DNA of 63,936 bases, the filler included, from Octopus bimaculoides (lineage: Eukaryota): assembly GCF_001194135.2 (NCBI RefSeq). It is 5 parts of 5 records of this genome, joined end to end, with 100 filler letters (N's around TTAATTAATTAA, not from the genome) between each part and the next. Parts side by side here need not be neighbours in the genome. Positions count along the whole stretch, not along the records: positions 26,489 to 53,123 come from NC_068984.1; positions 53,224 to 58,056 come from NC_069001.1; 3 more parts are not named here. One strand, written 5' to 3'. Shown here in pieces: positions 40,744 to 53,466 of this stretch (position 1 is its first letter; each line of letters starts with the position of its first letter). Both the position numbers and the translations under genes were made by a program. The notes under the pieces were generated by a model. It made no database searches. It was not told the DNA's origin and saw nothing but the letters and a program-made list of their open reading frames with translations.

Positions 40744-41414
40744 ATTGTCTGTCGGTGAATTGTCTGTCAGCAAATTGTCAGCACACGGATTCTGCCAGCT
40801 TGCTGCCTGATAATTACTTTAAATATTACAAGCTTTAGTGCACTAAAACCAATTTTTCCAGAATAAGGGCTGTTGAAATTGGGGTGTGTGTTTAATATGC
40901 CTGTCTGTCTTTTATTTCCATGTAGTGTAAATAGATTGAGTTTGATACCGGGAGGCATGTTGTGTCTTTGAGCAAGACACTTTATTTCATGTCGCTTCAG
41001 TTCACTCAGCTGATAAAAACGAGTTGTACCTGTATTTCAAAGGGCCAGCTTTGTCACATTCTGTGTCATGCTGAATCTCCCTAGGAACTTTGTTAAGGGC
41101 TATATGCATCTCTGGAATGCTCATCCACCTGCACATTAATTTCGTGAGCAGGTTGCTCCATTGATCGAACCAATTGGAACACTTGTCGTTCTAATTGACA
41201 TTGTGCCAGTGTAAACAGAAAATGTTGGTGAGATGAAATAAAAAAAGAATACCAGGAAACTGAATTGCAGAAAATCAATGTTTCATTCCACTGACAGTAT
41301 TCCATATAAGACTAGATGAATAAGAATAGACACCAAATCATTCTGCTGGTTCCTGTTCTGGCTGGGAGCCGCTAACACACATGCACACACACACACACAC
41401 GCACACATGCATGT

Positions 41415-41448
<34 letters not shown>

Positions 41449-41784
41449 GCAGGCAGCAGAAGAGGAGGCAACTTTGGGTTGCAGTTTATGTGGCCGATGC
41501 ATTTGAACAATGAGAGAGAGAGTAATGTCTTTCTCTCAATGGTCAAAAAATTAAAAAATAAATAAATAAGCGGTACAAAATTGTGAATGGACTAAAACTC
41601 TATCAAGTTGTATGAGAGCTACTACAAATTCTACTATGATTAGGGCTGCAAGCACAATAACACTTCAGGCCTTGGATGCAATAGATGAAGTTTTACACCA
41701 AGACCTTCTAAACAAAAAGTAATTTGAGACATCAACCATTGAACGTTTAGAAATTAAACAAAGCACATCTTTTTCTGTCCTTAC

Positions 41785-41949
41785 CATTCAGTTTCTTCAC
41801 ATCTGCCATTGATTGGCCATTGCAGAGGTCTGTGTCACAGAAACACCATTCCTGGGGCTTCATCCATGCTGGGACTTGTTCCTGGCAACCGAGGTAGTCA
41901 GAAACAATGGAGCTAAACATCCACCAATCAGCACATCCACGTGAAATCA
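41785..41949 (-). CDS. Exon encoding the C-terminal half of LU domain 1
   Basis: Acceptor ccattatgtttcag| and donor G|GTAAGG; 165 nt, phase 1-1. Joined to the previous exon it reads M-ISRGCADWWMFSSIVSDYLGCQEQVPAWMKPQEWCFCDTDLCNGQSMADVKKLN, with RGC and the diagnostic CxCxxDLCN end, giving 10 Cys in total. Confidence 0.92.
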
Positions 41950-42003
41950 CTGAAACATAATGGAATTCTTAGTTGCAATTACTATAACAATTTCCTTCTG
42001 TAT

Positions 42004-42049
<46 letters not shown>

Positions 42050-42195
42050 CTGTGTGTATGGACATATGTGTGGACATATGTGTATGCGTATGCATATGCC
42101 TGTGTGTGTATGAGTGTATGCACAGGTGTGTGTACTTCTGTAAATGTTTGTCAATAACTAGGTTTATATACTACGTGTAACAGATAAATAATTAA

Positions 42196-42407
42196 GGCAG
42201 TGAGCTGGCAGAATCGTAAGCATGCTGAGCAAAATGCTTAGCAGCATTTCACCTGTCGCTACATTCTGAGTTCAAATTCTGCTGTGATTGATTTTGCCTT
42301 TCAACCTTTCGGGGTCGATAAATTAAGTACCAGCGAAACACTGGGGTCGATGTAATCAACTAGTCCCCTCCTACCAAATTTCAGGCCTTGTACCTTTAGT
42401 AGAAAGG

Positions 42408-42442
<35 letters not shown>

Positions 42443-42910
42443 GACGGCAAGTTAGCAGAATTGTTAGTACACTGGACGAAATGTTTAGTGGTATTTCATC
42501 TGTCTTTACATTCTGAGTTCAAATTCTACTGAGGTTGACTTTGCCTTTCATCCTTTCAGCGTTGATAAATTAAGTACCAGTGAAACACTGGAGGTCGATG
42601 TAGCCGACTAGGCCCCTCCCGCCAAATTTTAGGCCTTGTGCCTTTTGTAGAAAGGATTATTATTATTATTACAAAGATGGCAAACTGGCTGAATTGTTAG
42701 CACACTAAGCAAAATACTTAGCAGTATTTCCTGTCTTTGTTTTCTGAGTTCCAGTTCCATCAAGGTCAGCTTTGTCTTTTATCCTTTCAGGGTTGATAAA
42801 TTAAGTACCAGTGAAACACTCTGGTCGATGTAACCGACTAGTCCCCTCCCCCAAAATTTCAGGCCTTGTGCCTTTTGTAGAAAGGATTATTATTATTATT
42901 ATTATTATTA
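42196..42910 (+). mobile_element. Three head-to-tail SINE family A copies separated by (TTA)n tails
   Basis: Copies at ~42196-42420, ~42443-42670 and ~42676-42910, each ending TAGTAGAAAGGATTATTATT or TTGTAGAAAGGATTATTATT. Confidence 0.9.
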
Positions 42911-43139
42911 ATGTCGAGATATGAAGAGAACACTGAAAGTGCATGGTGTCAACTGTCTCAATTGACCATGACCCAGATTTGTCACGTGAAAGTCATTATT
43001 ACGAGAGTCATAGATACATCCAATATGAATCATATATCAGAAAATCACATGTGTGTGTGTGAGGAAAGAGAGAAGGGGAGAGAGGGAATATGATGTGTGT
43101 ATATGTGTGTGAGAGTATGATAGAGAGTGTGTGTGAAAA

Positions 43140-43170
<31 letters not shown>

Positions 43171-43573
43171 AAGAGTGCATGTGTGGGAGTATGTGCACGC
43201 TTGTATGTAAGAGAGGGAAAGAGAAAATGTGAATATGTATGTGAAAGAGAGAGAGAGAGAGAGGTAGAGAGAGTGTGTGTGAAAGATATATATATATATA
43301 TAGATATATATATATATATATATATAGATAGATAGATAGATAGATAGATAGATTGAGAGAGAGAGAGAGAGAAGGAGAACGTGTGTGTGCATGAAAGAGA
43401 GATAGAGTGTGCATGTGTTTGTGTATGAGAGAGAGAGGCGGGTGTTTATTTGTGTGTGTGCTTTTTCAGAAACAAAAAAGAAAAATGAATGAGTGAGAGG
43501 AATGAGAAAAAGAGAATGTAATGGAAAGCAAGAGAGAATGTGTGAGAGATGTGACTGAAGAGAGTAAGAAGGT

Positions 43574-43611
<38 letters not shown>

Positions 43612-45455
43612 CAAGGAGTAAAAGAACCGACACAGCTATGAATTGAGTGAAAGATAGACAGACAGACTACAATAGATACAATGTATTATGAAGCCAGACA
43701 AATCTCAGACAGCATTCAGGAAGAAAATGTAATGTTGAGGCAATTGTGTACCAACATGTTTAATGGATGGAGCATTTAAAAAGTGAAAAAGAATACATTA
43801 TGTGACAAGGAAAAATATTTAGTCAATGAATAGTAATTGTGGCTTGAATGCCACAGCAAAGGATCACATGACATTCTTTAAGCCAACTCAACTGGCAGGA
43901 AAACTAAGGAAAGACCATGAGTGAGATGGTCAAGTAATATCCCACCAGACTTCATTTCAAACCCCAAAATATGTACAGGACTTCATTTCGAACCCTTAAC
44001 ATTTAAACCAGCCATATCTGGCCAGTACCGCCTGACTGGCCTTCGTGACGGTGGCACGTAAAAGCACCCACTACACTCTCGGAGTGGTTGGCATTAGGAA
44101 GGGCATCCAGCTGTAGAAACTCTGCCAGATCAGATTGGAGCCTGGTGCAGCCATCTGGTTCACCAGTCCTCAGTCAAATCGTCCAACCCATGCTAGCATG
44201 GAAAGCGGATGTTAAATGACGACGATGATGATGATGATGATGCTGAGTCAGTGTTCTTTATTTTGCAGATTTTCTTTCATTTGTGGGATTGATGTAGGGA
44301 TGTCTCGGTATTCCTTTATCCTTTTATTTGTTTCAGTCATTTGACTGTGGCCATGCTGGAGCACTGCCTTTAGTTGAAGAAATTTACCCCAGGACTTATT
44401 CTATGTAAGCCTAGTACTTATTCTATTGGTCTCTTTTTGCCGAACTGCTAAATTATGGTAAATTATAGGCTCCGGGGAAGATGAAGGCAAGGAGAAACCA
44501 GGCGCCTGGACTAAATATAAGTGAAAGAATTCTGCTAAATGAGCCCAAGGAATAGATAGATGCATTAAATCAAGCAGTATTTTTAGATCTACCACTTTAA
44601 TCTTGAGTATCACCACCATAGTGATTCCTTATCATAACTTAAGTAGCAGGAAATGAATCATTAATTAGTCATAATAAAAATATAGATATAAAGCACAGGC
44701 ATGGGATGCATAGGTGCATGCATAGATGTGTGGTTAAGAAGCTTGCTTCCCAACCATATGGTCTTAAGTTCAGTCCCACTGTGCAGCAACTTGGGTAAGT
44801 GTCTTCAACTATGGCCTTTGGTCTGATCAAAGCCTTCTGAGAGGATGAGGATTTTGTAGATAGAAATAGAAGCTGAATGAAGCCTGTCATATATATATAT
44901 ATATATATATACCTGTAAATAATATGTAACAATTATTCGGTAGCCATGATAAAACTCTGAGTTTTATCAAAGAAATGCATCGAAAAATGCTATGGCCAGA
45001 TAACTGAAGAGATGGCGGCGTGGGTTTCCGCCATGACATCCAAAACTTGGAGTTTTATCATGGCTACCGAATAATTGCCACATATTATTTACAGATAAAT
45101 TCCTCTATTTACATAATATCGAGGTCTCTTTCTTTCTTTTGTTATATACGATGGGCTTCTTTTAGTTTCCGTCTACCAAATCCACTCACAAGGCTTTGGT
45201 TGGCCCAAGGCTATAGTAGAAGACACTTGCCCAAGGTGTCATGCAGTGGGACTGAACCCAGAGCCATGTGGTTGGTAAACCAGCTACTTACCACAGAGCC
45301 ACTCCTGTGCCTATTTTTTTTACATATACATATATAATATGAATATTTTCAAATATTTNNNNNNNNNNNNNNNNNNNNNNNNNNNNNNNNNNNNNNNNNN
45401 NNNNNNNNNNNNNNNNNNNNNNNNNNNTATATATATATATATGCAAGTATGTGTT

Positions 45456-45486
<31 letters not shown>

Positions 45487-46179
45487 GTTTGTGTATGTGT
45501 TTGTGTGCACTATTATTTAGACATCACATGATGGTTGTCAATGACCACCACTGCCATGCAAGCATGGAAAAGAGGACATTAAATAATGCTGACAATGTTT
45601 GTTGGAGTAAAAAATAAAAATAGAACTATATTTGATTTCTAAATAATGCTATTTTGTTAGTTTGTTACTGCTCTGGAAATTTAATGAATTATTTCAAATA
45701 TGTATTCTAGTATTGACACATTTGAAATAGGATCTTGTAGTGATCTAGCGAATCTACTATCTTTTATCTTTTATTTTGTAATTGTTTTAGTCATTAGACT
45801 GTGGCCATGCTGGGGCACCACCTTGAAGAATTTTAGTCGAATGAATTGACCCCAGTCTTTACATTTTTTTATAAGCGTGGTGCATATTCTATCAATCTCT
45901 TTTGCCAAACCATTAAGTTACGAGGACATAAGCACATCAAAACTGGTTGTCAAGTAGTGGTGGTGCAAAAACACGCACAAAAGCGGGGACACACACACAC
46001 ACACACACATATGTATAGGCATAGGTTTGGTTGTGTGGTAAGAAGCTTGCTTCTCAACTACATGGTTCTGGGTTCAGTCCCACTGCATGACACCTTGAGC
46101 AAGTGTCTTTTACTAAAACCTTGGGCTGACCAAAGCCTTCTATGTTGATTTGGTAGACAGAAACTGAAAGAAGCCTATC

Positions 46180-46228
<49 letters not shown>

Positions 46229-46523
46229 CATACATATATATATACATGTGTGCGTGTATGTGTATATGTATATGTATATATATGTGTGTGTGTGTGTATA
46301 TTTATGTGTGTGTGTCTTTGAGTCTGTGTTTGTTTCCTTCTTACCACTTGACAACCAGTGTTGGTGTGTTTACATCCCCTAACTTAGCAGTTCGACAAAA
46401 GAGACCGATGAATAAATACTAGGCCTAAGAAATAAATCTTAGGGTTGATTTGTTCAACTAAAAAAAACCTTCAAAGTGGTGCCCCAGCATGGCCACAGTC
46501 AAATGACTGAAACAATTAAAAGA

Positions 46524-46566
<43 letters not shown>

Positions 46567-46783
46567 GGGCTTCTTTCAGTTTCCATCCACCAAATCCACT
46601 CACAAGGTTTTGGTCAGCCCACTGCTATAGTAGAAGACCCTTGCTGAAGGTGCCACACAGTGGGACTGAACTCAGAACTATGTGGATGGGATGCAAACTT
46701 CTTACCATACAGATATTATTGTGGAAAATCTAGATATATCACATTTGTATGTTGATATTATTTAGTTTGGAACAGGTACTTAC

Positions 46784-46918
46784 TTCCATCTTTCTCTTTG
46801 CGAATAAAACATGTTTTTGTGACATTGCACTCAACTGTAGCTACAGCTTCAGGGAATGGTGAATCAACAGAACTGGCACAGTAAGGGTTCCAACTGGTGC
46901 AGTCGTAGCATATTGTGG
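46784..46918 (-). CDS. Internal exon of a two-domain Ly6/uPAR (three-finger, quiver-like) protein: N-terminal half of LU domain 1
   Basis: Polypyrimidine acceptor ttcatttttctctttactttag| and donor A|GTAAGT; 135 nt, phase 1-1. Translates to (A)TICYDCTSWNPYCASSVDSPFPEAVATVECNVTKTCFIRKEKDG, with the CxxC start and 5 Cys typical of an LU N-half and an N-V-T sequon. Confidence 0.9.
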
Positions 46919-47474
46919 CTAAAGTAAAGAGAAAAATGAAATAGAAAAGAAACTGTCTTTATTTCAAGTCATTGTTACTGGGTATGTTTTAATACAAATC
47001 TTAAGTACAGTCTATGAAACCATAGGTAACAACACAGTGAACTAGGATCTTTCCTGTATGAAGCTAGTTCACTTCTGCTGATCCTCTAATGGAAAACATG
47101 ACCATTCAACCTTCTTATTTTCTTTAATAAAATCAATATTTATAAAATGGAAGATTAACAAACTATTTGAACTCATTCCTCTACATTTAAAATTCAATTC
47201 CCACCAGGGATCAATAAGGTTACAACCAATATAACAACAACAACAACTACAATAATAATAATCCTTTCTACTATAGGCACAAGTTCTGAAATCTTGGAGA
47301 AGGGGTTAAGTCAATTACATTGACCCCAGTAATTGACTGGTACTTATTTTATCAACCATTACAGGATGAAAGACAAAGTCGACCTTGGCAAAATTTGAAC
47401 TCAGAATGCAAAAACAGACAAGATGCCACTAAGCATTTTATTGAGTGCGTTAATGATTCTGCTAACTTACCACC

Positions 47475-47540
<66 letters not shown>

Positions 47541-48964
47541 GTAATAATAATATGGGCTAGAGTAAATATTTTGCTCAATACCACAGATTTGCTTGTCGGT
47601 TGTTTGACAAGAATCAGTTGAGCATGTCCCTTGGTGGCTGACGATGTGTGCGTCTCTGATCACAAGCAGAAGTAGTGGGGGGGGGGCAATCAGAGCCATG
47701 CATTGAGAGGAATTCCTTGGGGTTTGAATAATTCACCTCTGGAAACATGGGTGTTTTGTTCATCATCCTTAAACAGGCCTTATTTAGGGACCTTTTGAGT
47801 GGAATGGGCTACTCAACCTGAAGAAAATTCTAACTGGGGAGGGGGATACGTCGATTACATCAATCCCAGTTCTCAACTGGTACTTACTTTATCAATTTCA
47901 AAAGGATGAAAGGCAAAGTCGAACTTGGCAGAATTTGAACTCAAAATGTAGTGAAGACAAACAAAATTCCACTAAGCATTTTGCCCGCAAATACTAATAT
48001 CAATTAAAAACACATATTTATACATACGTCCCTACATATATACATACATATATATACACATATATTTCTTTTCTACGCTTTTCTGCGCTAGGCACAAAGC
48101 CCCAAATTTTTGGGGAGGGGGCCAGTCAATTAGATCAACTCCAGTACGCAACTGGTACTTAATTCATCGACCCCGAAAGGAGGAAAGGCAAAGTCGACCT
48201 CGGTGGAATTTGAACTCAGAATGTAAAGACAGACAAGATACCGCTAAGCATTTTGCCCTGTGTGCTAACGTTTCTGTCAGCTCACCACCTTAATACATAT
48301 ACATATATAATACATTTATGTATGTATATGATGTATATGTTAATAAAAAAATGTCTATAAATTTAATTTACACATACACACACATACATATATACATATA
48401 TGTACAGAAATGCATTTATATTTCTATATGTATGTATTTATGTTTAGGCAAATCATTAATAACTATTATTCCGATGTCATCTGAAAGACAGATGAAACAC
48501 TTTACAAATAACAACAAATTAATATGCCAGCCCGATCAATCTCTCTGTGACACACTGGTATTTTTTCTGTTGATCTAAACATGACATTTGATATGTTTGG
48601 GGATTTGGGTTGTGCAGCTGCACAGGGTCAGCTTGGGCTTCAAGAGACTAAAATGATTATGACGGTGTGATGACAGTACGCAAAATAAATTAAAAAAATA
48701 ATAATAATAATAATAAAAACGATGACTGTGGTGATGAATATGACAAAAGATGATGATGATGGTGATAATGATGATGGGAGGTTGTGGTGGTGGTGGTGAT
48801 GGTTAATGGAATATGGACTTAGATTGTTGGTTGAAATAGCAATGCTTATGTGGATACTAATGTTTGAGTCACATACACAGAATATATGATGCACTAACAT
48901 ACAAAAAACACTAACATCACAGACACACAGATACATGTTTAAATACATGCATGCGCACACACAC

Positions 48965-49000
<36 letters not shown>

Positions 49001-49379
49001 GCACACATATATGTATATATATATATATGTGTGTGTGTATATATACAAACACATAAGTGTCTGTCTGTGTATACACACATACACATATACATACGTATGT
49101 GTGTGTGTTTGCGTGTATCCTTGTCTTGACATTATGTGATGGCTGTAAACAAGCACCACTGTCATACAAGCAGTGTTGTTTCGTTCCAGTCTTTCATGAT
49201 AAACATGTCTGGCCTGGGAAATAGGTGAGGGTTATTGTTTAGAAAGGATCCAACCATAGAAAATCTTATTTCTTTAGTGTCCACAAGGGGCTACACACAG
49301 AGGGGACAAACAAAGACAGACAAATGGATTAAGTCGATTATATCGACCCCAGTGCGTACACTTTCCAGTTGGATTCCCA

Positions 49380-49500
49380 AGCGTGACCAACTGAGACTAG
49401 GGATATTATTCAACCATCTCATTCTTGGTCTATCCCTAGGTTTCTTACCGGTTAGGATTGAAGACTCCATCTTGCAATTCTTTTTCTGTGACATTCTAAT
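49380..49500 (-). mobile_element. RTE-like LINE C-terminal fragment
   Basis: GKKPRDRPRMRWLNNI..LSWSRLGI resembles the G.RPRGRP..RW.D.I RTE terminus. Confidence 0.65.
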
Positions 49501-51013
49501 CCCATGTTGGCCCAGTGGTTAGGGCAGCGGACTCGCGGTCATAGGATCGTGGTTTCGATTCCCAGACCGGNNNNNNNNNNAGCCTTGTCACACTGTGTCA
49601 CGCTGAATATCCCCAAGAACTACGTTAAGGGTATACGTGTCTGTGGAGTGCTCAACCACTTGCACGTTAATTTCACGAGCAGGCTGTTCCATTGATCGGA
49701 TCAACTGGAACCCTCGAAGTTGTAAGCGACGGAGTGCCAAACATATATATATATATATAGTGTGGGTGCATGGCTCAGTGATTAGGGCATTGGGCTCACA
49801 ATCATCACTGTGAATCATGAGGTAGTGAGTTTGATTCCCAGACCGGGTTGTGTCTTGTGTTCTTGAGCCAGACACTTTATTTCACATTGCTCCAGTTCAC
49901 TCAGCTGTTGAAATGAGTTGCGATGTCACTGGTGCCAAGCTGTATCGGCCTTTGTCTTTCCTTTGAGTAACATCAGTAGCATGGAGACGGGAAGCTGGTA
50001 TGCATGGGCAACTGTTGGTCATCCATAAACAACCTTGCCTGGACTTGTCGCTTGTGTGTGTGTGTGTAAGTGGACAAAAGAAAGAAAAAGGCACAGTTTG
50101 ATTTGGTTCCATGCAACTTAAAGTTTCATGGGCCTCTAACAGAAACTCATCTCTTTTAGGCTTAGGTTACCAATTATTTGGTATCATCATCATCATCATC
50201 ACTTAACATCCGTTGTCCATGCTGGCATGGGTTGGATGGTTTGACTGGGGCTGGTAAGCTGGAAGGCTGCAACCAGACTCCAGTGTGATTTGGCATGGTT
50301 TTCCATAGCTGGATGCACTTCCTAATGCCAACCACTCCAAGAGTGTAATGGCTGCTTTTACATGCATCTGTACATATTTATATATAAATATGTACAGCAT
50401 CATGTATATGTAATATATATACATATATATATACATACACACACACGTATATACATATAATTTATATGGCACAGAAGATTATTGCCAATAACAGCTGGTA
50501 TGGTATTTTTAAGACTGAATCAATGGATAACGAAAAGCTCAAAATAGTCCTTCTTGACAGCACCTTTCATACTAAAGAAATCTTTTCTTTACAACATTGC
50601 CTCTGAGAATCCTGTGAAATTCAACTTTAAAACTCCAATCTAAAAGAGGCTACCATGAACATATACACAAATACATACATACATGCATATATATATATAT
50701 GTATATGTGTGTACATATATGTATATGCGTATATATATATACATATACTATCATCATCATTGTGATGTATGTGTAATAAATATATATATATATGCATATA
50801 CATAGACACACACACTCACATATGCACACACACACACATGCACATACACTCACACACACGCACGCATGCACACACACACTCACTCACACACAAACATGCA
50901 TATAATTCATATGCTGCAGGTGACTATTATCATGCATAGGACAATAAAACCTTGCATGACCTTAAGATTGCTGAATGGATAATGAAAATATGTATACATA
51001 TACACACATATTA

Positions 51014-51065
<52 letters not shown>

Positions 51066-51089
51066 ATGCATATGTATAAATATATTTAT

Positions 51090-51120
<31 letters not shown>

Positions 51121-51932
51121 CAAATGTATACATACATATGTATACATACATATATATATACATATATATAAATATATTTATNNNNNNNNNNNNNNNNNNN
51201 NNNNNNNNNNNNNNNNNNNNNNNNNNNNNNNNNNNNNNNNNNNNNNNNNNNNNNNNNNNNNNNNNNNNNNNNNNNNNNNNNNNNNNNNNNNNNNNNNNNN
51301 NNNNNNNNNNNNNNNNNNNNNNNNNNNNNNNNNNNNNNNNNNNNNNNNNNNNNNNNNNNNNNNNNNNNNNNNNNNNNNNNNNNNNNNNNNNNNNNNNNNN
51401 NNNNNNNNNNNNNNNNNNNNNNNNNNNNNNNNNNNNNNNNNNNNNNNNNNNNNNNNNNNNNNNNNNNNNNNNNNNNNNNNNNNNNNNNNNNNNNNNNNNN
51501 NNNNNNNNNNNNNNNNNNNNNNNNNNNNNNNNNNNNNNNNNNNNNNNNNNNNNNNNNNNNNNNNNNNNNNNNNNNNNNNNNNNNNNNNNNNNNNNNNNNN
51601 NNNNNNNNNNNNNNNNNNNNNNNNNNNNNNNNNNNNNNNNNNNNNNNNNNNNNNNNNNNNNNNNNNNNNNNNNNNNNNNNNNNNNNNNNNNNNNNNNNNN
51701 NNNNNNNNNNNNNNNNNNNNNNNNNNNNNNNNNNNNNNNNNNNNNNNNNNNNNNNNNNNNNNNNNNNNNNNNNNNNNNNNNNNNNNNNNNNNNNNNNNNN
51801 NNNNNNNNNNNNNNNNNNNNNNNNNNNNNNNNNNNNNNNNNNNNNNNNNNNNNNNNNNNNNNNNNNNNNNNNNNNNNNNNNNNNNNNNNNNTATATATAT
51901 ATATATATATATACATATATATATACACACAC

Positions 51933-51999
51933 CTATTAAATTATATGGTGAATGAGTGAACGATTGTGGAGCGTGCTTTAGGGAACACAAGGCAGTCAT
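51933..51999 (-). CDS. Weak candidate ATG-containing exon of the LU gene (exon 52056-51933)
   Basis: Acceptor atttcctgttttgtgtag| at 52056, aaaATG at 51999, donor AG|GTGTGT. The phase-1 end would complete GCC(Ala) with the next exon. The peptide MTALCSLKHAPQSFTHSPYNLI has no hydrophobic signal core, so the call is doubtful. Confidence 0.2.
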
Positions 52000-53068
52000 T
52001 TTTTATTTATTTTTCTCTTTATAAAATTTTCCACTTTAATATCGCTAGCCAGGTGGCTACACAAAACAGGAAATAAAATTCCAATCAGAAAGAGATACAC
52101 ATTCGCATGCACACATACGCGCACACACACACACACACACACAAATGCATATAAAAATATGTAACATCATTACTGCATACATAAAAGCATACATACATAC
52201 ACATATACATACACATATATATGCACCTGTTCATGCATACACGCATACATATAGCATACACACACATATGCAAAGCTAATGCAACAGGCGCACTCATGCA
52301 CTAGAGTGACATGCACACCCATTGCATGAATACAAGTCTATCTGCACCTACACCAACACCAGCATACATGCACACCCTCGACCACTCACATTCTCACAAA
52401 CCGCAGGATTTGTCTTAATTCAAAGAAAAAGCTGTGTCACTTTGTTAGTGGCCATTTTGAATTCTGCAAAGAACTTATATTTTTTCTCTTCTATCTTTTA
52501 CTTGTTTCAGTCATTAGACTGTCGCCATGCTGGGGCACTGCATTGAATAATTTTAGTTGAATGAATCAACCCTGGTACTGTTTTTTTTTATTTTTAATTT
52601 TTTTTTTTGTAAAGCCTGGTGCCTATTCTATCAGTCTCTTTTGCAGAACTGCTAAGTTACAGGATGTAAACACACCAACACTGGTTGTCAAATGGTGGTG
52701 GTGGGCGAAGGCAGACATAAAGACATACATACATGCGTGCACATACACACACGCAATAGGCTTCTTTCAGTTTCCCTCTACCAAATCCACTCACAAGGCT
52801 CTGGTCAGCCTAATGCTATAATAGAAGATACTTGCCCGAGATGTCACACAGTGGAACTGAACCCAGAACCATGTGGTTGAGAAGGAAATTTCTTACCTCA
52901 CAGACATGCCTTAAATAAATTTCAAAGAAAAATATGCAAACGCACACGCACACACACACACACAACCTTGCTACCAAGTAGGTGGCGGGTCAAAATTTAC
53001 TCTAAAATTAAAAAGAGCAAGAGAAGACACATGCATAAATACAAACATACACAAATACATACACAAAT

Positions 53069-53103
<35 letters not shown>

Positions 53104-53350
53104 TATATATATATATATATATANNNNNNNNNNNNNNNNNNNNNNNNNNNNNNNNNNNNNNNNNNNNTTAATTAATTAANNNNNNNNNNNNNNNNNNNNN
53201 NNNNNNNNNNNNNNNNNNNNNNNGTACAAATCCAAATATATGGTACCCTAGGCATAACACCTACATGAACTTCTAACTTGTTGTCTCTTGAGGTCTCTGG
53301 GTGAGACTTGGATCCAACTTGTACAAATGCAAAACAAAAGTCAAACATAA

Positions 53351-53408
<58 letters not shown>

Positions 53409-53410
53409 GC

Positions 53411-53466
<56 letters not shown>

